From Candidatus Hydrogenedentota bacterium (GTDB taxonomy: Bacteria; Hydrogenedentota; Hydrogenedentia; Hydrogenedentales; SLHB01): 64,000 bases of DNA. Position numbers and translations under genes: made by a program. The DNA is taken from NCBI GenBank assembly GCA_963745075.1, contig CAVUWV010000032.1, positions 64,001-128,000 on the forward strand, given 5' to 3'. Below, one piece after another: positions 1 through 9,831 of the stretch (position 1 is the first letter of the stretch; each line of letters starts with the position of its first letter). A model generated the notes under the pieces. That model was not told where the DNA came from, did not search any database, and saw only the letters and a list, made by a program, of their open reading frames with translations.

Positions 1-116
1 ACGCCTATGTCTTTAAGCTGACAGGGGTTGAGTAGGGGCTTTCAGGATACATGGGCAAGGGTCCAGTAATCTTCTACAATCTAAGTGGGACGCGAGAACC
101 GCTCACCGGAGGAAAG

Positions 117-332
117 ATGGCAGATCTACCCCTAGATACCATGACCGTGGAGGAAAAACTACGGACAATGGAACTGCTCTGGAGTGACTTGTGCGAGCGA
201 GCCGGAAGTATCGTCTCACCACCGTGGCATGGACGGACCGTGGCGGAGCGAGAGAATTCAATAATTCGCGGTGAAGACGCCTTCGAAGACTGGGACAACG
301 CAAAACAGAGAATAAGAAAGGAAACCGAGTGA
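117..332 (+). CDS. Putative addiction-module antitoxin (TIGR02574-like)
   Basis: GGAGG RBS before ATG 117. The 71-aa protein has EEKLRTMELLWSDL, SPPWH and DWDNAK motifs typical of this family. Its stop overlaps the start (GTGA) of a ParE-like toxin. Confidence 0.8.
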   Translation: MADLPLDTMTVEEKLRTMELLWSDLCERAGSIVSPPWHGRTVAERENSIIRGEDAFEDWDNAKQRIRKETE

Positions 333-626
333 AGATAAAAATTCTGGCATCGGCGGGCCAGGATCTTATCGATGGCTATTGGTTCTATGAGAAACAAGCA
401 TGAGTGGTTGGGACGTATTTTCCCGATTCACTCTTCTCGGATATCGAATGGCTATCCGTCTCAGGCGGCATCCATCCATTTTGGCGAGCACCATCGCCTC
501 TTGTCAAAGCGATTTCCGTTCGCCGTCTATTCTCCTATCGAGAGTGAATCGGTACTCGTCTACGCTGTACTCGACTGTAGAAGGAACCCGGCTTGGATTA
601 GACGCCGTATGGGGCATGACGATTAG
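329..626 (+). pseudogene. RelE/ParE-family toxin, disrupted
   Basis: GTG 329 reads MKIKILASAGQDLIDGYWFYEKQA, then in-frame TGA at 401-403, then VVGTYFPDSLFSDIE. A frame change near 478 leads into HRLLSKRFPFAVY...VYAVLDCRRNP. Confidence 0.75.
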
Positions 627-726
627 CGGATGGCCCTGTGACCCCAGGCTTCGCCATGCGGGGCAAGGTTTGACCCGCCCATCCCCCATTTGCTAAACTC
701 TCCGCTTGGCACGGAATCGTGCCTTG

Positions 727-846
727 GGTCAAAGACAGCCGGCGGCCACTAGGCCTTAAAATTCGCCTGCCGAGACCGCGGAATCGGATAACACGTAAAA
801 TTGTCCTTACCCCGCATTGTCTTTTGACCGTGCGGGGTATTTTTTT
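727..846 (+). promoter_or_regulatory. L10 (rplJ) leader with intrinsic-terminator attenuator
   Basis: GGTC-AAAGACAG...TTAAAA...CCTGCCGA-GACC (727-777) resembles L10 leaders. Hairpin TACCCCGCA (808-816)/TGCGGGGTA (831-839) is followed by T7. Lies directly upstream of rplJ. Confidence 0.7.
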
Positions 847-936
847 GCCCGCACCGCGCTCCCGTTGGGAACGCGAACCGAAATTGAAGGGGCTTTGGCC
901 CTGCACATCGTCTTCAGGAAAGGAGGTGAATGTACA

Positions 937-1467
937 TTGGCGAAGCAAGAAAAGATTGATGCCGTCAGCGAACTGAAAGAACGCATCGAAGGCAGCCAGA
1001 TCGTGGTCTTGTCCAAGTATATCGGCATCAACGCCGATCAGGCCACGGACCTGCGCAGGAAGCTGCGCGATTCCTCCGTCGAGTTCAAGGTATTCAAGAA
1101 TACCCTCGCGAAACGGGCGTTGGACGAACTGGAACTATCCGATGCTTCTCCGTTCATGGACGGACCGACGGCGTGGGCGTTCTCGAACGACCCCGTCGCG
1201 CCGGCCAAAGTTCTGAAAGACTTTGGCAAGGACGCCCCGATGGTCGAGATGACCGGCGGTATTCTGGAAGGCAAGGTCGTCTCGAAGGACCAGCTTAACG
1301 CGCTGGCGAGTCTGCCGTCCCGCGAAGTGTTGTTGAGCCAGGTGGTGGGAACCATCGCCGCGCCGCTGCGCAACTTCGTCAGTACCCTCAACGCGCTGCC
1401 GACCAACCTGGTCAACGCGCTGGATCAGATCAAGAAACAGAAAGAAGAAAGTGGAGCGGCCGCCTAA
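937..1467 (+). CDS. rplJ: 50S ribosomal protein L10
   Basis: AGGAGGT at 921-927 then TTG 937. Motifs LRRKLR, VFKNTLAKRA, GPTAWAF, LASLPSREVLL. Confidence 0.97.
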   Translation: MAKQEKIDAVSELKERIEGSQIVVLSKYIGINADQATDLRRKLRDSSVEFKVFKNTLAKRALDELELSDASPFMDGPTAWAFSNDPVAPAKVLKDFGKDAPMVEMTGGILEGKVVSKDQLNALASLPSREVLLSQVVGTIAAPLRNFVSTLNALPTNLVNALDQIKKQKEESGAAA

Positions 1468-1506
1468 CACATCGGCGGATCGCATGACGTTTGGAGAACA
1501 CGATTC

Positions 1507-1899
1507 ATGGCAACGAAGAATGAAGAGATCATTGATAAGATCGCCGATTTGTCGGTGCTCGAGTTGAGCGAATTGATCAAAGCGCTCGAAGAGAAGTTCG
1601 GCGTTACGGCGGCGGCCCCGGTTATGATGGGCGGCATGATGCCGGCCGGCGGCGGCGAAGCGGCGGCGGCCGACGAAGGCCCCTCGTCCTTCGACGCGAT
1701 CCTCGCCGAAATCGGCGGCCAGAAAATTCAGGTCATCAAGGAAGTCCGAGCCCTGACCGGCTTGGGCCTCAAAGAAGCGAAGGACCTGGTCGATAGCGCT
1801 CCAAAAGCGGTCAAGGAAGACATCGCCGAGGAAGAAGCCAAGGAAATCAAAGAGAAACTCGAAGCGGCGGGCGCGACGGTCGAAATCAAAGGCCACTGA
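1507..1899 (+). CDS. rplL: 50S ribosomal protein L7/L12
   Basis: [55 protein letters not shown]. Confidence 0.98.
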   Translation: MATKNEEIIDKIADLSVLELSELIKALEEKFGVTAAAPVMMGGMMPAGGGEAAAADEGPSSFDAILAEIGGQKIQVIKEVRALTGLGLKEAKDLVDSAPKAVKEDIAEEEAKEIKEKLEAAGATVEIKGH

Positions 1900-1924
1900 G
1901 CGCACCGCGAATCGAATGATATCA

Positions 1925-1962
1925 GGGCGGCGGGACCGGACGGGTTCCGCCGCTCTTGTTGT
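1925..1962 (+). terminator. Probable intrinsic terminator of rplJL
   Basis: GC-rich hairpin GGGCGGCGGGACC/GGTTCCGCCGCTC followed by TTGTTGT, just after the rplL stop. Confidence 0.6.
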
Positions 1963-2087
1963 ATCATGGGACCAATGGGTTCCGGCAGATTGGCTCACGT
2001 CAACCCACTTCACATTCTGATGCACCTCGTGCTCGTAGTCGTAATCGAAAAAGCCACGAACCCGTGATTCACAGCCGAAGGAATGGA

Positions 2088-2849
2088 CTACTTAACCGGC
2101 GTGAAACGCTCTTGCACGGCGCGGTAGAGCTTCTCCGCGAGTTCTTTACGATCGCCGCCCCGGAGCGGTTCATCCCCATAGGCAATAATGCCGGTGCACG
2201 ACGGAAGGGCGAGAATTCGCAGCATGTTTTGGCCCAGGGTTTCAGGTTCTTGCCAAACGATAACGTCTTTCGCGCGGGGCGCATCTTCCGGCGTACCATA
2301 GGAAATCGCCGCGTAATGGACGGGGCAATCGTGTTGCACGGCCGGTTCCAGCAGCGCCGGTTTGAACGGATGCACCTGGGCGTCCTGCGAGATACGGCTT
2401 TCCGCGAAGATATGAATGCCGTACCCGCGATCCATCGTGTCGGCAATTAGACTGTTGACCCGTTTCGTGTCGCGCCATTTTTCGCGATCGATGAAGATGG
2501 TGTTCATACGTGCCGCGAGGAATCCAAGGAACCAGAGGACGCGCACGTCCGACCTCGACACAAACACACAGCCCACCGTCCGCGAGAGCAACACGATGTC
2601 GAGATAGCTGAGGTGATTCGTGACAAGGTAATACGGCGGTTTCGGCGGCGTTCCGGAGATTTCGACGCGCATGCGGATAATCGCCGCAGCCCCGATGGCC
2701 CAGGTGCGAACCAGGAACCGCCGGCCCCGCTCGTCGAGACGCGGCGCAACAGGCGCAATACAACTGACCAACAGCCGGACTGCGAACAAGGCGCTCGTCC
2801 ACACGATCAGCAGGACCGCGCGGACGGCGACCCGAATCCCCTTCACCAC
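2088..2849 (-). CDS. Lysophospholipid (1-acyl-sn-glycerol-3-phosphate) acyltransferase, PlsC family
   Basis: NHLSYLD (HX4D) motif, IFIDR, IFAES, FKP. Start trimmed to the GTG after a GGAGG RBS. Confidence 0.88.
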   Translation of the reverse strand: MVKGIRVAVRAVLLIVWTSALFAVRLLVSCIAPVAPRLDERGRRFLVRTWAIGAAAIIRMRVEISGTPPKPPYYLVTNHLSYLDIVLLSRTVGCVFVSRSDVRVLWFLGFLAARMNTIFIDREKWRDTKRVNSLIADTMDRGYGIHIFAESRISQDAQVHPFKPALLEPAVQHDCPVHYAAISYGTPEDAPRAKDVIVWQEPETLGQNMLRILALPSCTGIIAYGDEPLRGGDRKELAEKLYRAVQERFTPVK

Positions 2850-2969
2850 GGAACGTTCCCCTCCTTCCTCTTGCGGCGTATGTAACCAGACCCGGCCATC
2901 CAGCGCAAGCCCGGGGAGCAATTGCGTGGAAGAGACGAACGCAGGAGAGAGCCGGAAATCGGCAGGATC

Positions 2970-3899
2970 TTAGCCGGGAACCGCTGGGGAATGGCGCTCG
3001 GCCACCACCCGGTCGCGCCCTTCGCGCTTCGCCCGGTACAACAAAACATCGACGACTTTCACGATTTCGTGGGAGGCCAACCGTTGCGACGCGTCCACCC
3101 ACAAAGCGCCGATGCTTACGGTGGTGTCCAGACGAAGCCCGTCTGCCGCCACGGGCGTTCCCTTGATCCGCTGCCGAATGCGGTCCGCCATGGTCGTCAC
3201 GTCTTCGAATCGCGGGCCCGGAAGCACGATCAGGAACTCTTCGCCGCCGTAGCGCCCGGTCGAATCGTAGGGCCGGCATTCGGCGCACAAACGCTGGGCT
3301 ACTTCGACCAGCACCTTGTCACCGGTCAGATGGCCGTGGGCATCGTTGACCGCTTTGAAGTGGTCAACGTCGATCATCATAACGGCGAGGGGCATTTCTT
3401 CCCGCAGCGATCGGTCCACTTCCTGTTCCAGCCGTTCCATGATGGCGCCGCGATTAAACACCCGAGTCAACGTGTCCGTGCGGGCCATCATGAAGAGTTT
3501 CGCGTTGGCCTCTTCGAGCTTCTCATGAAGCATAACGACCCGCGTCGCCGCGCCGATTCGGGAGCGCAGTTCCTGGGCATGATACGGCTTGGTGAGATAG
3601 TCATCGGCCCCGGCATCGAGCGCTTCCACGATGTCCGAAGTCTTCTCTTTAGCCGTAAGAATGATGATGTAGGTAAAGGGGCGGTCGGTCGCTTCGCGAA
3701 GACGACGGCACAGTTCGGGTCCGTCGATGTGGGGCATGACCCAATCGAGCACGGCCACGCGTGGCGAATCGAGGCGCAACAGGATGTCCCACGCCTCTGC
3801 CCCGTCCTTTGCAACGACCACCTTGTGGCCCCACTTGGTCAGATGTGTTTCCAGGATTCGGCGCGACACAGCGTCGTCTTCGGCGATGAGGATTTTCAA
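2970..3899 (-). CDS. Response-regulator diguanylate cyclase (REC-GGDEF)
   Basis: REC domain (ILIAEDD, LDWVMP, ADDYLTKP), DVDHFKAVNDAHGH, RxxD I-site RPYD and GGEEF. Confidence 0.93.
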   Translation of the reverse strand: MKILIAEDDAVSRRILETHLTKWGHKVVVAKDGAEAWDILLRLDSPRVAVLDWVMPHIDGPELCRRLREATDRPFTYIIILTAKEKTSDIVEALDAGADDYLTKPYHAQELRSRIGAATRVVMLHEKLEEANAKLFMMARTDTLTRVFNRGAIMERLEQEVDRSLREEMPLAVMMIDVDHFKAVNDAHGHLTGDKVLVEVAQRLCAECRPYDSTGRYGGEEFLIVLPGPRFEDVTTMADRIRQRIKGTPVAADGLRLDTTVSIGALWVDASQRLASHEIVKVVDVLLYRAKREGRDRVVAERHSPAVPG

Positions 3900-4090
3900 A
3901 CCCGGCCTCCGTCCGTACGGGCCCCGTGCCCCGCTAGATTGTACTAGGCAAACCGCCAGATGGCAACGGGAGAGGAAGACTTTAGGCGTTGGGCTGGAGG
4001 CTTTAGATTAAGAGCCACAACGAGATCGCGCAGAACCGAACCGGCCGGTCCCATCCATAATGTTCCTATCAGTGAATACCGTTCATCGCC

Positions 4091-5308
4091 TCACGCGATC
4101 AATGGCAAGGTCTCGAAGCGGCGCGTCAGTACAGGCTGCGGATTAACGGCAAACCAATCGTTGAGGACCGTGGCGTAGACACTCCGGAAATCGGTGCCGT
4201 ACTTGAGATCGCCTTGATCGAGATCGTCGAGGTCGGGCTGCGTGCCATGGATACCGGCCTGAACGCCTTCTCCGATGAGAAACATGGGGGCCGCCGTGCC
4301 GTGGTCCGTACCGCCGCTCGCGTTCTGTTCCACACGCCTGCCGAACTCGGAGAAGACCATGGTTAACACGCGGTCTGCCGTGCCGTCGTTTTCGAGCATT
4401 TCCTGAAACTTGCGGACACTTTCCGCAAAATGCCCGAGGAGATTGTCCTGGGTAGCGAGCTGATTGGCGTGCGTGTCGAACCCGCCGATCGCGACGTAGT
4501 AAATGCGTGTCTCGAGTCCGCCGCGTATCATAGCCGCGACGGTTTGCAGGGGATCGCTGCCGCGCCCGCTATGCGTGAAGCCGGCCCGTTCCGCGGCCGC
4601 GTGAACTTCATACGAACTCATGATCGCGTTGGAGGTCGTGTGACGGAGGAAGTCGATGGCCGTATTGCCGTGTGCGACGGGCTCATTCAAGCGCTCGAAG
4701 TTTTCCTTCGTATCCAACCCTTTTCCAGGCTGCCATCCGAACCGGCGCGGGTCGTCGAAGGCCACGCCGAATCCCTTTTCCCCTTCAAAGGCCTGAGGGC
4801 GTTCCTCCCCAATGGCCACGCCGGCCTGGGGATGCGCCGTTCCGGAACAACAGTTGTCGAAGTACCGGCCAATCCAGCCCGAGCTGTAGTACGCGTTCGA
4901 GTCGCTCGCCGTGTGCCAGATCTCCATGGACCGGAAGTGCGAGCGGTTTGGATTCGGATACCCCACACCTTGCAGCAGCGCCACCTTGCCGTCGTCGTAG
5001 AGGCGCATCAGATCGGCCATGCGAGCGTTCAGCGCAACGTCGTCGTCGATACGGAGAATTTGATCCTTCTTCAATCCGATCTGCGGGCGCAACCGGTAAT
5101 AGGTGTCGTTGCTGTGAGGCACGACCATATTGAGCCCGTCGTTGCCGCCGCCCAGTTGAATGACCACGAGCACGCGGTCGTCCTTGAATCCGTCGATGGC
5201 GGGCGCATGGACCTCCGCCGCGCGCGCCAGAAACGCGGGCGCCAGGCCGATCGACGAGAACACAGCCGCTGTCTTGAGAAAATCGCGCCGGCTCACGATG
5301 TTAATCAT
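4091..5308 (-). CDS. DUF1501 family protein (Tat signal)
   Basis: SRRDFLK, LVVIQLGGGNDGLN, PNRSHFRS, GFDTH, SEFGRR, GTDHG, DFRSVYAT. Downstream of DUF1800. Confidence 0.92.
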   Translation of the reverse strand: MINIVSRRDFLKTAAVFSSIGLAPAFLARAAEVHAPAIDGFKDDRVLVVIQLGGGNDGLNMVVPHSNDTYYRLRPQIGLKKDQILRIDDDVALNARMADLMRLYDDGKVALLQGVGYPNPNRSHFRSMEIWHTASDSNAYYSSGWIGRYFDNCCSGTAHPQAGVAIGEERPQAFEGEKGFGVAFDDPRRFGWQPGKGLDTKENFERLNEPVAHGNTAIDFLRHTTSNAIMSSYEVHAAAERAGFTHSGRGSDPLQTVAAMIRGGLETRIYYVAIGGFDTHANQLATQDNLLGHFAESVRKFQEMLENDGTADRVLTMVFSEFGRRVEQNASGGTDHGTAAPMFLIGEGVQAGIHGTQPDLDDLDQGDLKYGTDFRSVYATVLNDWFAVNPQPVLTRRFETLPLIA

Positions 5309-5324
5309 GGATTGGCCCTCGTGG

Positions 5325-6870
5325 TTAACAGAGTTGATATTCGGCCGTACTCAACAACAGGTGCAAAGACGCCAGCAGGTTCTTTGGCCGCACGTCTCGG
5401 CCCGTCATCGCGCTCGTTTCGCCGCCCGGCACGCCAAGTGTTTGAATAAGAATCTTCCGTTGGTCTGGCGATAGCGGCACGCAGAGAAAATGCCGGGTCA
5501 TATGATCCACGCATTCGCCGGCAGTCTTGAACTCAAGCGACGCAAAGAATTGCCGCGGGTTCCAGGGCACGGGTTCGTCGGTGTTTGCGTCGGCGGACTG
5601 CATCATCGTATCCCGCATCGCGGGTTCCGCGGGCTTGACGCTGTCCAGCGCCGCCTGCCCCATGTAGGCATCGTGGTCTTTTTGGGGACGCCGACGCACG
5701 AGCATTGCGGGCAAGTTGTACCGAATCAGCAACGCATTGGCATTGACCCAGGCCCGGTTGCCGTCCCACCCTTTCACGTTGGGCGGAAAGAAAAGATCCT
5801 GGCCGAGGCGCGCCATTGCCAGGGCCATGGCGGGGTATGGAGGATGGTCGATTTCGAGGTCCGATGTCAGTTGGACCACGAACTGGGCGGGGCTCTTCAC
5901 CTGCTGACCCATGGCCTTGCCGCTGTAGAAAGCGCGAGACATCAGCATTTCCCGCAGCATGGGTTGAATCTCGAAGTTGTTGGTGCGTAGCGTGTCGGCC
6001 AAGCCGGCAACGACCTCCGGTTCCGGTTCGTCGTACGCAAAGTATTTCCAAAGCTTGGTCGTGATAAACGTCGACGCGGCCGGTTGCTCGAAGATGATGT
6101 CCATGATGTCCCAGCCGTCGAAGTCTCCGGTCCGGCTCATAAAGGTCTTCACACCATAATCGTGGCTGTCCTCGCGGAACTGGAACGTTTCATAGTCGCA
6201 GGTCCAACCGGTAAAGGCCCGCGCGGAGTTCTTGATGTCGTCTTCCGTGTACTGGTCCTGGCCGAGGGTAAACAGTTCCATCAGCTCCCGAGCCCAGTTC
6301 TCGTTGGGATGCTGCTTCGTACTCTGCCGGTTGTCGAGGTACCGCAAGCATGGACGGAGACTGGCCTACGGCGGTCGCGAGCGATTTGAAATTGCCCGCG
6401 GCATGGGTGCGGAACGTCTCGTTGAGTTGATAAGTGTGCCAGGACGATTTGACTTTTTGCGCCGACGTGGCGAAATGGCCATGCCAGAACAACGCCAACT
6501 TTTCTTGCAGGGGGCGTTCGGTCCGGAACATGCGTTCCAGCCACCAGGCTTTCAATTGTTGGGTGGCGCGGCGCTCCTCACGCTGATGCTCCTGAAAGGC
6601 GTTGCGGCGCGCGTCCGGGTCGAGGTCGCGCATCTGGGCCCGCAATTCGACGTAGCTTTTCGGCGTGACGAGGAAGTCCGGGGCCGGGAAGGTATCGGGT
6701 TGTTTCGCGAAATCGACGAAGTAGTCCACCGCCGACGCAGGCGGCATCTTCGCCAGACGCTCGACGCGATCCTGCGGCAATCCGAACCCGGCCCGGTTCA
6801 GCAGATGCCGCGCACAACGCTCGTCCCACTGCTCTGGCGTTATGGGATTCAACAACTTAGCCATCGCCAC
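5325..6870 (-). CDS. DUF1800 family protein (apparent +1 frameshift near 6346)
   Basis: HLLNRAGFG and LQEKLALFWHGHF in 6190-6870 join RYLDN, PNENWARELMELFTLG and PPNVKGW in 5325-6347 if one extra base is removed. Confidence 0.88.
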
Positions 6871-7104
6871 ACCTTTCCCAGGGTTTCACAACGGTCCGAG
6901 TCGAAAAACAACGGACGCCATCCAGCCTTGCCAACTGTTGGCGGATTAAACACCGCGTGGGGACGCGGAGTTCCCATCAGCAGATGAATTACCTCGCCGG
7001 GTTTAACGATAGCACGAAACCCGCAATTGCGCGAGGATCGGTGTGACATCGAAGTCCACCCTCGTGTACTCTCGGACTTCGAATAGACGGAGGTACGACG
7101 CGAA

Positions 7105-8055
7105 ATGTGTGTTGGCTTGAGACTTGTCGTATTGGTTGCAAGCAGCGTAATGACACAAGCGACCGTCGAGTTCACCTTCTCCAACGCCCAAGGGCTCGGG
7201 CCGGAAGCGGGCGCCATGCGGCGCGACCCGAGCGACGTGATTAAGGTGGATGACCGCTACTACGTCTGGTACACCAAGGGTCGCGTAGACCACGGATACG
7301 ATGCGACGGTCTGGTATGCCACGTCTGAAGATGGGCACACGTGGACCGAACGCGGTGAGGCCATCGCCCGTGGCGGCGCGGGCGCGTGGGACGAGCAAAG
7401 TGTCTTCACGCCCAACATCATGGTTGCGCAGGGCAAGTACTGGCTCTTCTTCACCGCGGTGCCGAAACCGTTCAACAACGACGGCAACAAGGTAACGAAG
7501 AGTGCCATCGGCGCCGCGGTGTCGGACTCGCCGGACGGGCCTTGGGAGAAACTTCCGGGTAATCCCATTTTGCGTTGCAGTGACGACCCCGCCGACTTCG
7601 ACAGCATGCGCGTGGACGACGCCTGCCTGATCGTTCGCGACGGGAAGTACTGGCTTTACTACAAGGGCCGGCAATGGGATAACACCCCTGCCAACACGAA
7701 GATGGGTGTCGCCATCGCGGATCGGCCGCAGGGGCCTTACGTGAAACATCCCTTCAACCCGGTCGTGGCGGGAGGACACGAGGTAACCGTCTGGCCCTAC
7801 GGTTCCGGCGTCGTCGCCCTGATCAATATCGGTCCCGAAGACCTTCGCCGGACCCTGCAATATGCGGAAGACGGAATCACCTTCCAAAAAATGGCGGACG
7901 TTCCTCCGGTGCCATCCGCCGCAGGCGCCTATCGGCCCGAAGCCTTCACGGACAGCGGCAATGGCAAGATGATCGACTGGGGAATCTGCATCGGACAAAA
8001 GAAGGGATTCCTTCCCTTCCTGGAACGGTTCGACTGCACGTGGTCCAATCTATGA
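7105..8055 (+). CDS. Secreted five-bladed beta-propeller glycoside hydrolase (GH117/GH43-like)
   Basis: Signal peptide, RRDPSDVIKV..YYVWYT, WYATSEDG, SVFTPNI, FDSMRVDD, YWLYYKG, GGHEV. Confidence 0.8.
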   Translation: MCVGLRLVVLVASSVMTQATVEFTFSNAQGLGPEAGAMRRDPSDVIKVDDRYYVWYTKGRVDHGYDATVWYATSEDGHTWTERGEAIARGGAGAWDEQSVFTPNIMVAQGKYWLFFTAVPKPFNNDGNKVTKSAIGAAVSDSPDGPWEKLPGNPILRCSDDPADFDSMRVDDACLIVRDGKYWLYYKGRQWDNTPANTKMGVAIADRPQGPYVKHPFNPVVAGGHEVTVWPYGSGVVALINIGPEDLRRTLQYAEDGITFQKMADVPPVPSAAGAYRPEAFTDSGNGKMIDWGICIGQKKGFLPFLERFDCTWSNL

Positions 8056-8121
8056 CACACCGGAATGATGGAAGTTTTTGCGGAAAGCCTCCTGCCGAAA
8101 GGGTCACCCCGCTCTGACCTT

Positions 8122-8302
8122 TTTTGACGAAACAAGGGGGAGTTGATTACGGATTGCAGATCTCGGATTGTGGATCCCCGGCGGGTTCTTTCTGTAAGTA
8201 TAGTTTGGGTATTAGGTTGCACGGGATACCTCCGAAAGCCGGGGGGCTGGAAGACCCGGGGGGGGTGCGAATATTGTTTTGACGAAACAAGGGGGGGGTG
8301 AT
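8122..8302 (+). repeat. Direct repeat TTTTGACGAAACAAGGGGG (two copies, about 8122 and 8277)
   Basis: Two near-identical copies about 155 bp apart in a G-skewed intergenic region. Confidence 0.6.
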
Positions 8303-8763
8303 CGCGTTCCCGGCGTTCGCGAGGATGACGTGCGGATTTTGAATTGCGGATTTTCCGAGTGCGGTGGCCAGTTTCGGGAGGTATTGGAGTTGGCGCAGAG
8401 GTAGGCGATGTAGACTCGAACTTGGCGGGGGTATGGTCCGAGTATGTTGGCATTGCGGTTGCCCAGGGGGGGCACAATCGGTGTTTCATGGACGGATTTC
8501 TCCTTATAGATATAGCGCAGGGGGTTGCACCGGAGTCGGGGTGTAGACCTGACCTTCGAGCCGTACCGTAGCGGCATCGAACGGACCCACTTTTTGGCGA
8601 AAGGGGAACGGACAAGAATGCAGAGACAGCAGAGACACCAAGGACAGCAGGGACAACGAACGCAAATGCTCCCGTCTGCCAAGCGCTTTTGCGATTCGGG
8701 AGTTGGCGCTAGATTCCCGGATTGCATGCGGAGCTTCGTCGTTCTAACAAGAGGAATTGAGCC

Positions 8764-9681
8764 GTGATGCGAATCTTGTGGTTGGTTGTCTTCTCGGCGT
8801 TGATGGCTTCGTGCTGTTCATGGGCCGCAAACATCGATACGCCGGAAACAACGGTCCTGCCTCCTGACGGATACCTCTTCGTCGCGAATGTCCCGTACGG
8901 CGTAGCCTCCGAGGCGCAGCGTCTCGATATTCTATACCCGCCGCACGCGGAACGACCGCTGCCCGCCATCGTTCACATTCATGGAGGCGGCTGGTATTTG
9001 GGTGATAAGGGCGGTGACTCCACGCTGGCGATGATGTGCCGGTTTGCGGAAGCCGGGTTCGTTGTTCTGTCCATCGATTACCGCCTGTCGGGCGAAGCAA
9101 CTTTTCCGGCCGCCGTGGAAGACTGCAAGCTGGCGATCCGCTGGTTGCGCGCCCACGCCGAACAATTTCATGTCGACCCCGACCGTATCGGGGTCATCGG
9201 CGGCTCGGCAGGGGGACATCTGAGCGCCATGCTCGCCGTAACGCGGCCCGAAGACGGGTTCGACCGAAGCGGCCGCTACCAGGACTACTCGAGTGCCGTG
9301 CAGGCCGCCGTGCCGGTGTGCGGGCCCATGGACCTGCGCGTCCCCCTCGCGCCGGCACTGTTCTCCGGGGACGATCCGGCGGTGGTGCGATTCCTCGGTG
9401 GCCCGCTGGCCAAGAAGTCTGAGGAAGCGCGTCGCGCGTCGCCGATCACGTACGTGCGGAAGGACCTCCCGCCGATGCTGCTGATCCACGGGTCGGCCGA
9501 CAAACGTGTGTTGGTCGATCAGTCCAAGGATTTCGCCGATGCCCTGGCCGCCGCCGGGGCCCCGTACGAATTGCTCGTTGTTGAAGGCGGCCACCACGGC
9601 ATGGCTATGGCCCGGGAAGGCGATGGCGGACAGCGGGTTCTGCGATTCTTTGTTGAACATCTTCGGGACCGGGCGAAGTAG
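8764..9681 (+). CDS. Secreted alpha/beta hydrolase (esterase/lipase, HSL-like)
   Basis: HGGGW oxyanion motif, GGSAGG nucleophile elbow, HGSADKRV, GGHHG. N-terminal signal peptide. Confidence 0.9.
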   Translation: MMRILWLVVFSALMASCCSWAANIDTPETTVLPPDGYLFVANVPYGVASEAQRLDILYPPHAERPLPAIVHIHGGGWYLGDKGGDSTLAMMCRFAEAGFVVLSIDYRLSGEATFPAAVEDCKLAIRWLRAHAEQFHVDPDRIGVIGGSAGGHLSAMLAVTRPEDGFDRSGRYQDYSSAVQAAVPVCGPMDLRVPLAPALFSGDDPAVVRFLGGPLAKKSEEARRASPITYVRKDLPPMLLIHGSADKRVLVDQSKDFADALAAAGAPYELLVVEGGHHGMAMAREGDGGQRVLRFFVEHLRDRAK

Positions 9682-9831
9682 GCTCAATATTCGTTCGACA
9701 GAGAACCAGTTGAGTTACGGTTTTCCATTCCCACCGTTCATGAACATTCCGTAATCTTGCCGCGCCGTTCCCTGTCATCGTGTTCTGGCATCCTTGAATC
9801 GTAGCGAGAATGGCTACGTGGGAGACGAACG

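Noticed and set aside
1..35. 3' end of an upstream gene (…AYVFKLTGVE stop)
   Set aside because: Too short to identify.
401..403. Selenocysteine or read-through at the in-frame TGA
   Set aside because: Not a Cys position, no SECIS-like hairpin evident, and the gene has a second lesion.
657..688. Degenerate REP-like hairpin GGGCAAGGTTTGACCCGCCC
   Set aside because: Single imperfect copy in the window, so not supportable as a family.
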